Origin: Squalus acanthias
Lineage: Eukaryota
Assembly (NCBI GenBank): GCA_030390025.1
Contig: CM059433.1
Coordinates: 14,076,001 to 14,140,000 of the forward strand
Length of the DNA stretch: 64,000 bases
Reading direction: 5' to 3'
Position numbers and translations under genes: made by a program. Under the pieces are notes generated by a model. That model saw nothing but the letters and a program-made list of their open reading frames with translations. It was not told the origin of the DNA and searched no databases. Shown piece by piece: positions 12,289 through 25,356 of the stretch (position 1 is the stretch's first letter; each line of letters opens with the position of its first letter).

Positions 12289-15200
12289 TCAACTCCACTT
12301 TCCTGCATTATCCCCATAACCCTTGATTCCCTTAATATCCAAAAATCTATCGATCTCTGTCTTGAATATACTCAATGACTGAGCCTCCACAGCCCACTGG
12401 GGTAGAGAATTCCAAAGATTCACCACCTTCTGAGTGAAGAAATTTCTCCTCATCTCAGTCCTAAATGGCCGACCCCTTATTCTGAGTCTGTGACCCCTGG
12501 TTCTAGCACCCCCAGCCAGGGGAAACATCCTCCCTCCATCTATCCTGTCAAGCCCTGTAAGAATTTTGTATGTTTCAATGAGATCACCTCTCATTCTTCG
12601 AAATTCTAGAGAATAAAGACCTAGTCTACTCAATCTCTCCTCATAGGACAATCCCTCCATCCCAGGAATCAGTCTGATGAACCTTTGTTGCACTCCCTCT
12701 ATGGCAAGTATATCCTTCCTTAGGTAAGGAGAACAAAACTGTACACAGTACTCCAGGTGTGGTCTCACCAGGGCCCTATATAATTGAAGTAAGCTGTCTT
12801 TACTCTTATACTCAAATCCACTTGTAATATAGGCCAACATACCATTTGCTTTCCTAATTGCTTGCTGTACCTGCATGTTAACTTTCAGTGATTTGTGTAC
12901 AAGGACACCCAGGTCCCTCTGAACAACAATATTTCCCAATCTCACACCATTTAAAAAATATTCTGCTTTTCTATTTTTCCTACCAAAGTGGATAACTTCA
13001 CATTTCTCCACATTATATTCCATTTGCCATTTTCTTGTCCACTCACTTAGCTTGTCTATATCACCTTAAAGCCTCTTTGCATCCTCCTCACAACTTACAT
13101 TCCCACCCAGCTTTGTATCATCAGCAAACTTGGATATATTACATTTGGTCCCCTCATCCAAATCATTGATGTAGATTGTGAACAGCTTAGGCCCAAGCAC
13201 CGATCCTTGGGGTACCCCACTAGTTACAGCCTGCCAACCCGAAAATGACCCGTTTATTCCTACTCGTTGTTTTCTGTCCGTTAACCAATCCTCAATCCAT
13301 GCTAGTATATTACCCCCAATCCCATGAGCACTAATTTTGTTTAATAACCTCTTGTGTGTCACCTTATCGAATTCCTTCTGAAAATCCAAATACACCACAT
13401 CCACTGGTTCCCCCTTATCTATTCTGCTAGTTACAACTTCAAAAAACGCTAACAGATTCATCAAACACGATTTCCCTTTCATAAATCCGTGTTGACTCTG
13501 CCCAATCCTATTATTATTTTCTAAGTGCCCTATTACCATTTTCCCTACTATTGATGTCAGGCTAACTGGTCTGTAGTTCCCCATTTTCACTCTCCCTCCT
13601 TTCTTAAATAGTGGGGTTACATTTGCTACCTTTCAATCAATGGAAGCTGTTCTAGAATCTATGGAATTTTGGAAAATGACAACCAATGCATCCACTATCT
13701 CTATAGCCACCTCTTTCAAAACCCTAGGATGTAGGCCATCAGGTCCAGGGGATTTATCAGCTTTCAGTCCCATTAATTTCTCCATTACTATTTTTTTACT
13801 AATACCAATTTCTCTCATTTCCTCATTCTTGCTAGACCTATTTCTGGGAGTTTTTTTGCATCTTCTTCCGTGAAGACAGGCACAAAGGCCAGAATTTTGC
13901 CATCGCTCAGGGGTTAACATGTTATTAACAGGCAGTTAAGAGGCTTTTTGCAATTTTGACAGGTGTACTGCGGGCTTCCCGATGTCTGGACACCACGCCA
14001 GGTAAGTGTGGTGTGCTGTGTGTCTACCGTGATGTTTGTCCACTGATGACAGCTGCAGAAGTGGTGTGAAGGATCCAATGGTACACTGGTGAGTTTCAGA
14101 GGTAAGAAAATGTTGGGAAAATCATTTTTAATGCATTTACACTTTTCTGTAGGTGACAAGTTTTGAATTGTTTGTGTAGTCCCACCTCATTGGGAGAACC
14201 TCTCTCACCAGTGACAGATCGCTTCTGTAACCTCACCTGCAGCTGCCATCTGTTCTAGCCTAAGGAGGGAGTCACTGGAGAGCACGGGAGCAAGGACTCA
14301 CCTTTGTACAGTGATTGTCAGTGTTTGCAACACCTCAATGGTGTCAAACACTGAAAAATCAGCTGTCAAAGAAAATTGTGCGTGGCCCCTTTAAGAAAAC
14401 CGGCAGATGACATGTCATCAACTGACATCATCTGACACTGGCTTCCTCTTAACTGGCTGGCAAGCGGGCTTAACAAGGTCAATTGACGCAAAATCGAGTC
14501 TGTGCGTTGGACGTCGTTGGGGGCGGGACTGGAACCCGGAAGGCCGCTGTCCCACCCTCAAGCCACATCGACCTGAAAAATCGTGGCCAAAGTATTTGTT
14601 TAATTTCTCTATCATTTCCTTATTCCCCATTATAATTTCTCCTGTCTCAGCCTGCAAGGGACCCATATTTACTTTCGCTATTCTTTTCCTTTTTACATAC
14701 CTATAGAAGCTTTTATAATCTGTTTTCATGTCTCTCGCTAATTTACTCTCATATTCTATTTTCCCTTTCTTTATCAATTTCTTGGTCTTCCTTTGCTGAA
14801 TACTAAAATCCTCCCAATCCTCAGGCTTACTACTCTTTTTGCAACATTATAAGACTCTTCCTTTGATTTAATACTATCTTTAACGTCTCTTGTTAGCCAC
14901 GGTTGGACTTTTCCTCTGGGGTTTTTGTGCCTTAAAGGAATGTACATTTGTTGTAAATTATGTATTAATTCTTTAAATGCTAGCCATTACTTCTTTACCA
15001 TCATACCTTTTAATGTAGTTTCCCAATCTTCCTTAGCCAACTCGCCCCTACTTACGTAGTTTGCTTTGTTTAGATTTAAGACCCTAGTTTCGGATTTAAC
15101 TAAATCACTTTCAAATTCAATATAAAATTCTATCATATTATGGTCACTCTTCCCTAAAGGCCCCTTTACTACAAGGTTAGTAATTAACTCTTTCTCGTTG

Positions 15201-15650
15201 CACAATACTAGATCTAAAATAACCTGTTCCCTAGTTGGTTCCTCAACATACTGATCTAGAAAACTATCTTGCATACATTCCATGAATTCCCCCACACTAT
15301 TACTGCAAATTTGGTTTGCCCAGTCTATATGTAGATTAAAGACCCCATAATTACGTGCGCCTCAAATATCCAGATTCATACTCTGCCCTACATTACAACT
15401 GCTGTTTGGGGGCCTATAAACACCTCCCACCAATGTTTTCTGCCCCTTGCTGTTTCTTAGCTCCACCCAAACGATTTTACTTCTTGATTTTCGGAGCTAA
15501 GATCCTTTCTCTCTACTGTCTTTATCCCATTCTTTAGTATCAGGCTACCCCACCTCCTTTTCCATTTTGCCTATCTCTTCTAAAAGTTAATTATCCTGGA
15601 ATATTTAGTTCCCAACCTTGGCCACATTGCAACCACGTTTCCGTCATGGC
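12289..15650 (-). pseudogene. CR1 ORF2 (endonuclease/reverse transcriptase), frameshifted
   Basis: LDLVLCNE..LGKSDH (EN); [19 protein letters not shown] and KFADDTKL (RT), spread over several broken ORFs. Confidence 0.92.
13887..14588. mobile_element. Harbinger-type element (family C related) inserted in CR1
   Basis: TIRs GGCCAGAATTTT / AAAAATCGTGGCC; TSD AAA; CR1 sequence is continuous across the site. Confidence 0.88.
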
Positions 15651-15934
15651 TATTCGATCAAACCTATTAATTTCTATCTGCACTATTAATTCATCTATTT
15701 TGTTGTGAATGCTTCACACTTTCAGATATAGTGACTTGAGCTTTGACTTAATTCTATTTTTCCCTGATGTCACCTTAGTCACTGATGCCTTATTACCTTT
15801 GTTACTCTCTCTGTCCCTTCCTGACCCACTCTGCTTATTTTTACCTAAAACTCTACTCTGCTCTAGAGCCTTGACATTTCTCTTGCTGCTTTTAAATTTA
15901 ATCTTTCCTGAATCCTCCCACCACCCCCTTCATT

Positions 15935-16889
15935 ATTTTAAAGCTCTGTCTACTGCTCTAGTTATGCAGTTTGCCAGGACACTGGTCCCAGCCCGGTTTA
16001 AGTGGAGCCCGTCCCAACGGAACAGCTTCCTCTTTCCCCATTACTGATGCCAGTGCCCCATGAACTGAAACCCCTTCCTCCCACACCACTCTTTGAGACA
16101 CGTATTTAAATCTCTAATCTGTTTGTCCCTATGCCAATTTGCACATAGCTCAGGTAACAATCCAAAGATTATTACCTTTAAGGTTCTGCTTTTTAATTTG
16201 GATCCTAGCTCCTCAAACTCCCTCAGCAGAACCTCATTCTTGGTTCTACTTAGTCATTGGTTCCTCCATGGACCACGACAACTGGATCCTCCTCCTCCCA
16301 CTCCAAGATTTTCTCCAGCTGTGAGGAGATGTCTTTGACCCTGGCACCAGGCAGGCAACAGAACCTTCGGAACTCTCGGTCGCAGCTGCAGAGAACAGTA
16401 TCTATCCCCCTGAATATACTGTCCCCTACCACAACTACATTCCCTTTCACTCTCCCCACTTGAATGACCTCCTGCACCATGGTGCCATGGTCAGCTTGCT
16501 CATCCATCCTGTCGGCTTTTTCCTTATCCACGCAGGCAGCAAGAACCTCATACCTGTTGGACAAGGGCAAAGGCTGAGGCTCCTCCAGCACTGCACCTGG
16601 GGTCCCCTTACCTGCCTGAGTTGCAGTCACTCCCTCCTGTCCCTCACCACTAACCAGACCTGTGCCACTACCTAACCTAACGGGCGTGACTGCCTCCTGC
16701 ATCAAAGTGTCCAGGTAACTCTCCCCATCCCTGATGCCTCGCAATATCTGCACCTCAGAATCCAGCTCAAAAACTCTGAGCTGAAGTTCCTCAAGATGCA
16801 AGCACTTACTGCAAACATGGTTGTCCGGGATCACAATGCTCTCCACAAACTCCCACATGCTGCGCTGCGCACACCACCTACACTGCCAT
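15935..16889 (-). pseudogene. CR1 ORF1 with SGNH/GDSL esterase-like domain
   Basis: CSKC zinc-binding motif, PLSNRYEVL, VVVVGDSIFRG, CCLPGARV, VVVHGGTND, and DGLHLN in the downstream frame. Confidence 0.88.
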
Positions 16890-17078
16890 CCCTATATGAC
16901 CTTGTTTCATTTAATTAAATGCAATAAAATTTGTAATTAGGTAACTTAGTTTACAGTGTAGTTTCTTGACGATGAACTTGATCTAGATTAAGTTATGGGT
17001 ACTGAAATTAATTATCTACCTACAAGCATTACAAGTCTTGTAGGCAAAAAAACAACAACTCCTTCCCCCTCTTCTCCG

Positions 17079-17580
17079 AATTCCCACTCTTTCCAAATTC
17101 CCAAATAAAACACTCTGTTTAAGTATACTCCGTTTTAATCCCACTCTGTGCGCTGCAGACTTGTTTACTCTTATACTCTAGGAGCCTCACCCAATTTACA
17201 AGTGTTGACTCAGATCCCCTGCTCCTGGTGATTAGCGCCTATTCAAGACAAACACCTACAGCTGCCTGACAGTTAACTGCCACTGTCAGGCAGCTTCTGT
17301 TAACTACAGTTTTTAAAGTTCTAGGTTAAAATGAAAATGTTAAACTAAATTTCACTTTTTACATCTACTACTTACCCAATGCTTACCAGAAATTCCCACT
17401 CTATCCAAATTCCCAAATAAAACACTCTGTTTAAGTGCACTCCATTTTAATCCTGCTCAGTGCAGATCGCTCTGTGCTCTGCAGACCTGTTTACTCTTAT
17501 ACTCTAGGAGCCTCACCCAATTTACAAGTGTTGACTCAGCTCCCCTGCTCCTGGTGATTAGCAGCTATTCAGGACAAACA
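17079..17580 (-). repeat. Duplicated ~180-bp module in the CR1 5' region
   Basis: 17079-17253 and 17391-17580 are near-identical. Confidence 0.85.
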
Positions 17581-18749
17581 TGCGCAGATCGGTCTTTGAA
17601 GGTACCAGTTTGAGTCGACCCTGAAAACTCGATGCGAAAGGGGAATGGTTCACTCTGAGTTCTCTCGCTGGGATCGGCAGTGCCTGTTCTAGGTATGGGA
17701 AATGAGTATCATGAAGGGAAGTAAATTGTATTGCTTGTAACAACATCCATTCTCCAAGGAAACTGTGGAATTACAGTGTGTCACGTAGCTTAGGATGTTT
17801 TTTTTTTGAATGGAGTTGTTGCTGGCTTACTGACTTGTCTTCAAGTGATGCTTGTAATTGGCTCGTAATTGCGCACTTTTCTGTTGCTGGGCCTTTAATA
17901 TTGTTTAGAGGCAGGATTAGCCATTCTTGTTTGAATTGATGCACTGGGTACTCAGAGCTTGTCTGAGGAAAAGCAAACCTTTTATGAATATCACAGGCTA
18001 CAAAAACAAAGTTGAATAAGATGCACTGGATATGATGCATTTCAGTCATTGAACAGGTGTTCTCTCAGTTTGAATGTCTGTCATTTATAAAACTCAAAGA
18101 AACATACTCTGAAAAATTATTGCATTCACTAAATTATATGTATGATTAAAAATGAAACATGTCATCTTTTAGCAGTTAGCAATGTGAAAGAAAGAACTGA
18201 GAGCGACTCAGCCGCGTTGGGGAGGGGGCGTGTGGTGCGGGGGTGGGTGCGGGGTGGTGCGGGGGTGGGTGTGTGGTGCGGGGGTGGTGGGGGTGGTGAT
18301 AGCAGAGATGAAGGAATGGAAGATTACTGCCCAGAAGTGACACCATAGGGTGCCCCGGCGGACAAACTCTTAACAGGTGGACAAATGTGTTGGGTTTGAA
18401 TTTGCTATTTGCGCTGGGTTTTATTTTTAAATGGGCTAATATCTCTGGTAAATTAGCAGAGAGAGCAATTTTAGAAGAACATATCAGATATTTGTCCACT
18501 TGTGTACCCTGCATCGTAATTTCATGGCCCAAATGGTTTTGTACGGAAATAGACACATTTTTCCAGTCATATAACTTACTATACTTATTATAAGTGCAAA
18601 ATGCTGAATTTGAAACCAAGCTACACTGCAGCTTAGTTCTAAGTTTGTGCTTCAAGTACAAATGAAATTCATAATCCACTTTGTGCTACCTTATATTATG
18701 TACATTAGGCGCACTCTGGCAAGTTGCAGCTAGAGGCAACTGTAACAAG

Positions 18750-19594
18750 GGGCTGGATTTTGCCAGCCCTGGGGAGGCGGGTTTGGAGGCGGGACTGCTG
18801 GGAAAATGGCAGAATCTGGGGGCGGGTGCCCAACCCACCCCCAACCCTGCCTCCATGCCATCTTGTCAGGAGGCGGGTAGCCAACCCGCGCCGGGTCCCA
18901 TCTCCTTGGAGGTGGGAAGGGATTACAGCCACTTAACTGCCTGTTAACAGGTAGTTCACAGGCAGATAAGAGAATTATCCCCATTTTGCCCACACAAGTG
19001 CGGGCTTCCCGAAGGCTCCAAAACCCGCCAGGGTCACCGAGGCGAGTAGTGGGTCTGCGGGGGTCGGAGGGGCCCAAAAGTGTGCTGTGGAGGTGAGTGA
19101 TGGGTGCAAATGTGGAGAGGTGAGTATGTGAGGTAAGTGGAAAGCGTTAGAAAAAGTGTACTTACCTTTGTTTCTTCCTGCAGGCTTCAATCGGTGGGTA
19201 TGCAGAGAGTCTTGCACCTCCGCGGCAGAGATGACAGATGGCCGTTGCATTCTCCAATGCAACAACCATCTAATTTCTGCAAAAGAAAGAGGTTTGATGT
19301 GTCTTGAATTCAAGAACTCATCAAACAACAGAGAATGTCAGTGTTTGACAGCTTCACAGAGCTGTCAAACGATGACAATCATCTGTCAAAAATTTTTGAC
19401 AGATGAAACGTCATACGTTGATGTTCTCTGTAACTGGCTTTCCCTTAATTGGCCTGCGAAGCCCGCTAGGCGGGCTAAACAAGGTCAATCAAGGGAAAAT
19501 GGCGTGGGTTGGCCAGAAGTTGATGGAGGCGGGACTGAAACCCGACAAGTGGGAGTCCCGCCTCCAAAAGCTCCTCATTGGCAAAATCCAGCCC
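18750..19594 (-). mobile_element. Harbinger-type MITE, family A copy 2
   Basis: Perfect 16-bp TIR GGGCTGGATTTTGCCA; TSD AAG. Confidence 0.92.
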
Positions 19595-20970
19595 AAGGAC
19601 TCAGAAGTTTGACCCTGGTGGTCGGGAGATGCAGAAATTGTGCTGGGCAACTAGGAATTTCTCACAGCGCTGTGCTACAACAGCCCCATTTCAGAACGGG
19701 ACAATCAACATTGAAGCTATGTGTGCAATGGAACATGCTACAGCTAACAGCAATGTCCCGGTGAAAGCACTTGCTGCATATGTGCACAATATATTGTTTG
19801 TGCTGCAGTGCTGAATTTTTAACAATTTATTTCACCTTGATCAAAAATTCTGTAACATTTGTTCTGAACTATACAAACAGAATATCCATGAGGTTTATGA
19901 TAGAAAATATATCTAGAAATGTGTCTTTCTTGGTTTCTTATTGGCTCTCTTTAAATTTGGATGTAATCTATGTCTGCATTGTTTTCTTGGTCCTATGTGA
20001 GAGTTATTTCTGGAGTGCTTCACTTTTTATTTTACATTCTGGACATTGCAAATCTATTGAGGAAAGCATAGGAAACTTCAGTTCATTCTGTGATACCACG
20101 TTTTATATGTAAAATTATTCAGCTTTTGTTTCTTGATAAAGGTCCCAGAAACTTAATTTAAAATAATGTGCGTTCCTGCTGGGAATATTTGAATTATATT
20201 TTTAATGTTTTTACTACATGCGTTTCAGAAAATAAGAATGATTCAGATGCTTTCAATTCTGTTCATAGGTGAAGCTTTACAATTATGTACCTATGTCAGG
20301 AGAAAAGATGGCAGTGATCAATCGTATTTAGTTACACGGTGTCAGACTGCACTTACCAGTAATTAGACAAGACATGATTGCCTCTTTTCTACTGATTAGG
20401 CTCATGTAGATCAGGAAGCAACTGTATATCACTCTTGTAGCAGACAAATGTCATTAATGGAAAACAATCTACAATGTACTACAGGAGTAGCCTTGAGGCA
20501 GCGGCAAATTTTAATACTTTTCAGTTTTATTCTTTATTGTGAATCATTTCCCTTATAAACTCCACTCAGATTTACACAAGGTTGTATGTTAAGACACTTT
20601 CCAAATGGAAAATCTCATTGCCCACAGTTTACCGAATTTGGATAAAGTGGTTTTAAAGTAAATTGGCTATATGTACCAGAAACACAAGTCTGAAACGGTA
20701 TCATCTGAACAACAGCTCTCTGATTCAGTGTATGAAATGTAAAAGAGTTGACAGATTTATTGCGAGGTGTTGTAACCTAACAGTGACAAGTGCAGTTCAT
20801 TTCTGATTAATTCTACTTTTTCATTTACCAGGTCCACTAGTTGCCAGTGACATACACTAGAAATTGGAAACCCATTTACCCACGGTAGAGTCCTGGCATG
20901 AGTGTTCTATTGTTACTATATTCTTCTTGGAGGCAACACAGTGGGTTAATTAATGTCAATTTGTAAGGGC

Positions 20971-21150
20971 CATGATGTGGAGATGCCGGTGTTGGACTGG
21001 GGTGGACAAAAGTGAGAAGTCGCACAACACCAGGTTATAGTCCAACAGTTTTATTTGAAATCACAAGCTTTCGGAGCGCTGCTCCTTCGTCAGGTGAAGT
21101 GAAGGAATACAAATCGGCAAAGCATATATAGACAGAGAACAATGCCTGTG
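20971..21150 (-). mobile_element. Penelope-like element terminal (pseudo-LTR) fragment
   Basis: Minimal hammerhead motif followed by AATAAA on the minus strand, an arrangement known from Penelope-like termini. Confidence 0.65.
21061..21097 (-). ncRNA. Minimal type I hammerhead ribozyme motif
   Basis: Minus strand: UCAC-CUGACGA-A-GGAGC-AGC-GCUCC-GAAA-GC-UU-GUGA. Stems I and II pair perfectly; helix III region is the palindrome AAGCUU. Confidence 0.8.
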
Positions 21151-21356
21151 CAACGTACAATGTCAGACGACTACAGTTAATCTTTCTGACTGCCTAAAAG
21201 CATAAATCAAAAACTAGACAAGGCCATATGGTTGGGGTGGGACTGAGAGTGGAGTCGGTGCGTGAGTGCTGAGGATTGCATTGCGAATGCTGAACATTCA
21301 TTGATAATATTAATAATTAACACCTCCACATGTAAGACATAGAAGTGGAAAATAAT

Positions 21357-22050
21357 GGGCCAACATTGGCGATCGGAGGCTTCCTGCGGGCGGACGCCTC
21401 TGACCTGCAAAATGTGTACGAAAGTACGCGGTGGCCCAGGAGGGATGGCGGCTTGCGCTCCTGGGCCTCTCCGGGTCCGTGCGGGAAGAGCCCCATGTAT
21501 CCCAGGGGCGCAGGCGGTTCGTAGACGCTCCTGGGATCACGTGAGCCGGCCCAACCTATGGAAGAAGGGAATCCCCATTCATACTTCTGACAGGTCCGTA
21601 CGTACGGAATTGTCATAAGTATGAATGGGGATCACCTAAAAAATACACCAACACATTGAATAAAAAATGTTTTAAATTACATATTTAAAATGAGTTAAAA
21701 TGTCATTTAATTAAATATTTTAAACAAAAATATAATTTTTTTGGGGAAAAAATTAATGTTTTTACGGGCTAAAAATAAACGTACCTTTTTAAAGAGTATT
21801 TTTAATTTATAAATGAGTTATCAAATTTCATTTTTCTATTTTTTAAAACCAGTGCAAAAAACCCAACTCTCCCCCCTGCGGAGGCACTTTTCTTGAGCAG
21901 GCGGAGGATCTGTCAAGAGAATTATTGACAGATCGCAAGTGCCGTGTTTCAGCGCATGCGCTTCGCACGCCTAAACCCTGGCACTTGCGCGGCCCCTACG
22001 GGCGCGTACACACCTCGTACGCACCCGTAGAGGGTCGCAAAATACGGCAA
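21357..22050. mobile_element. Harbinger-type MITE, family D
   Basis: GGGCC-type terminus; internal segment homologous, in inverted orientation, to 57197-57884; central hairpin and AT-rich core. Confidence 0.7.
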
Positions 22051-23007
22051 CTTCTGTTAAAAAGCAACAGAGTTTTGCTGTCCACTTTATATATTAGAAA
22101 TGTTTTAGAAAAGTCACTCAATAACTGGCAGGTCAAAGACCCAGACAGGTAGCAGCTTGACTGAACTTACTTACAGCTAAAGCATACTGCACACAAGTTG
22201 TGTAAAGGGAGAGATCTCTGAATGTTGGACTTCAGAACTCAACGTTAGCTCAGGTTATTGCTGATAACAGGTTAAAGATCAAGTTTTGAAAGGCAATGAG
22301 ACATAAAAATTCTCCATCTCAGTTCTGGGTTTCACAGTGAAGGTACACAGTTGGCATGTAACCAACAATGGCGTCCCAGCAGTCTAGTTATTACCATGGT
22401 AATTGAGCTTTTGCTGTCTTTGAACAACCAGAAACATTGTAACTTCCGTCAGGTGAAAGGTCACTAATTGGCATCATCTGGCGTGCAACACAATGCCATC
22501 GAACATTTATACAAGGAAGTGAAATGGAAGCATAGAGGGAAGGGAAATCATTTGTCTACGATACGTTTTCACTGTTCAGGACTGCATTCAAACAATATTA
22601 TCTTGTCATCATTCAGAGATTCTCCTGTAGTATATGCAGTGCAAACATGGAAAAATCTCATTTTATCCATTTAGTTACTATTATAGACTTGCAAGGCTTT
22701 TTTTGTACTGTTTACCTACTCAACACTATCAGGACACTGAAATTAAATCAGCATTTACAAGAGTTCAGCTCACTTTTAACAGCAGAAAAAGTCAGAATGG
22801 AGAAGGTTAACAACCCAAATTGGAGGTGTTGAACCCATCTTTAAAAAATGCGTTTAAGCAATCATGTGATAACATTGCATCATTTACTTATCATAATATT
22901 GCTCTATGAATTATATGAGTTTAGAAGTTCCATGAATTTCTGAGGAAAGATATCTGGTCCACAAAAGATCAATTTGATCTTCATCAATACTCCTCAACTG
23001 AAGTATT

Positions 23008-24800
23008 GGGCTGAATTTTGCCGGCGCTCTAGGGCGGGTTCGGAGGCGGGTCAGCTGTCAAAATAGCACAGATTGACAGTGGGGAGGGACCCCGCTGTCA
23101 ACCCGCCTCCACGCGAGTCTCCCAGGTGTCGGGTCTGTCGGCGCTGAACAGACCCGACACCAAGTGGCAGGGGAGGCAATTCACATCATTAAATGGGTTG
23201 TTAACATGCAATTAACTGTTATTTTAAGCCTACATTTCAATATTACGTGCCCCCCACGGGTTACCTGCTGCTTGGGGAACACTACAGCTCAGCATGTCGT
23301 GAGTGGATTCAGCATTGAATTATCTCATGACCTGACAGCTGCCAAAGTTGTATAAAAGATCCCATGTTACAGCTGTTCACTTTCAAAGCTCAGAAACTGT
23401 TGGTTACTGCATTTGGAAGAGATATTGAGCTTTCTGCAGCTTGCAAGTGTTTGGAGCCAACTCTCTATTGAGTGCCATCTCATTGGAACAACCTCTCTCA
23501 CCATTGACATGTCGCTTTTGTCATCTCAACCTCACCTGCCATCAATTCCATCAGCATCGTTGTCCTTGAAACTATCTCACCTTGGTCCTTAGAATCCCAC
23601 CACGATCAGCCCCAACACCAGCATCACCAGGCACACCAGCAGCAACAACAACAACACCAACCTTCTCCGCAATCACCTGCTACTGCACAGGACACAGGGA
23701 ATCGGCACCCGACCACATTGCTGCCCGGGACGCCTGGGGTGGCCTCACCATGGCCAGATTTACTTCACTTGATGCTGTACACCCTGGCTGCCACATGATG
23801 CGCCAGGTTGGCACCACCCCACACCAACACCATAAAACATCCCTACAATGCCCAAGCCATTCCTTTCACACTTGTCACCATTGCAGGGGCAGGGGGGGAG
23901 GGGGGGTAGGTACCATTATATCTCACCATTCACTGCAACTCACTAAACCACTTCCAAAGGTGCACACAAATCTGTCCAGGAATGTAAAGTACTGAAAATA
24001 AAGGTTTCAATATTTCACAGCACATTACCAGAAACTTCACATGAACATTGGCTAAACCACCCAAGTGCCTACCCTTGTGTGTTGTTAGTTGGTATGATTG
24101 CACTAGGATGAGGGTGAGTTTGAGGGATGGCTAGTGAGATGGGGAAGTGATAATGTAGATAGAGAGGGATGGGTGGAGGTGCAAGGTAAGTTGGTGTGAG
24201 TAAGGATGTGCAGGAGTAGGGTAGGGAAGGCAGAGTGATGGGGATGTGATGAGTGGCACAGCAGGATGAGGTTGAGTGTGGCTTGGCAGTAACGTTTCGT
24301 GATCTGCTGAGATCATTGAAAGGTTTGCACCACTGCAGCCTGGTCCTCCTGACCACATGCCTGCTTGTGCCCTCCTCTGCAATGTGCAACCAGGCTGCGT
24401 TGATCTCCTGGGGTGGTCCCTTCCGCCCATGGGAAGGGAAGAGAACCTCCCTGCGTGCTGTGACTCCCTCTATAAGCATATGGATGGAGACATGGGAGAG
24501 CCTGGGTGCAGCCCTGCACCTTTGCGCAGTGCTTGTCAGTGTTTGCAGCACCTCAATGCTGTAGAACACTGACAGCATAAATGCCAAAATCAATTTGGAC
24601 ATGGTCCTTTTAAGGAAACCGCCTGATGACGCATCATCAAATGACGTCATCAGACCTGCTTCCTATTAATTGGCCGGGAACCTCGCAGGGCGGGCTTAAC
24701 AAGCCCAATCGATGTAAAATTACTGCAGTAGGCAGCGGGCTGGGACTGCGACACCGACCCTGGCCGCCCCAGACCCACCTCGGTCGGTGAAATCGTGGCC
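23008..24800 (-). mobile_element. Non-autonomous Harbinger, family C (~1.8 kb), carrying a Myb/SANT remnant; inserted in CR1
   Basis: TIRs GGGCTGAATTTT / GAAATCGTGGCC; flanks ATT/TTT; splits the CR1 reading PQL(K)Y|CVQFW. Confidence 0.85.
24290..24530 (-). pseudogene. Harbinger Myb/SANT-like DNA-binding gene remnant
   Basis: RAAPRLS...EGVTARREVLFP...AWLHIAEE...RRTRLQWCKPFNDLSRS, matching the relic at 37592-37833. Confidence 0.8.
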
Positions 24801-25356
24801 TTTGTGTCCAATTCTGGGCATCGCACTGTAGGAAGGATGTGAAGGCTTTAGAGAGCGTGCAGAAAAGATTTACGAGAGTGATTCCAGGGATGAGGGACTT
24901 CAGTTACGTGGATAGACGAGAGAAGCTGGGTTTGTTCTCCTCAGAGCAGAGAAGATCGAGAGGAGATTTGATAGAGGTGTTCAAAATCATGAGGGGTCTA
25001 GACAGAGTAGATAGAGAGAAACTGTTCCCATTGGCGGAAGGGTCGAGAACCAGAGGACACAGATTTAAGGTGATTGGCAAAAGAACCAAAGGCGACATCA
25101 GTAAAAACTATTTTACGCAGCGAGTGGTTATGATCTGGAACACACTGCCTGAACGGGTGGTGGAGGCAGATTCATTCGTGGCTTTCAAAAGGGAATTGGA
25201 TAAGTTCATGAAGGAAAGAAATTTGCAGGGTTACAGGGAAAGGGCAGAGGCAGTGGGACTAACTGAAGTGCTCTTGCAGAGAGCCAGCATGGGCTCGATG
25301 GGCCAAATGGCCTCCTTCTGTGCTGTAACCATTCTATGATTCCATGATTTTATGAT
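24801..25356 (+). mobile_element. CR1 3' fragment
   Basis: ORF 24839-25339 ALESVQKRFTRVIPG...YFTQRVVMIWN; TTCTATGA tail. Confidence 0.9.

Larger units (their letters stand above)
12216..17580 (-). mobile_element. Near-full-length decayed CR1 LINE
   Basis: 5' UTR, ORF1 and ORF2 (EN, RT) in the expected order; CATAAGAA tail at 12216; a MITE inserted at 13887-14588. Confidence 0.92.
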
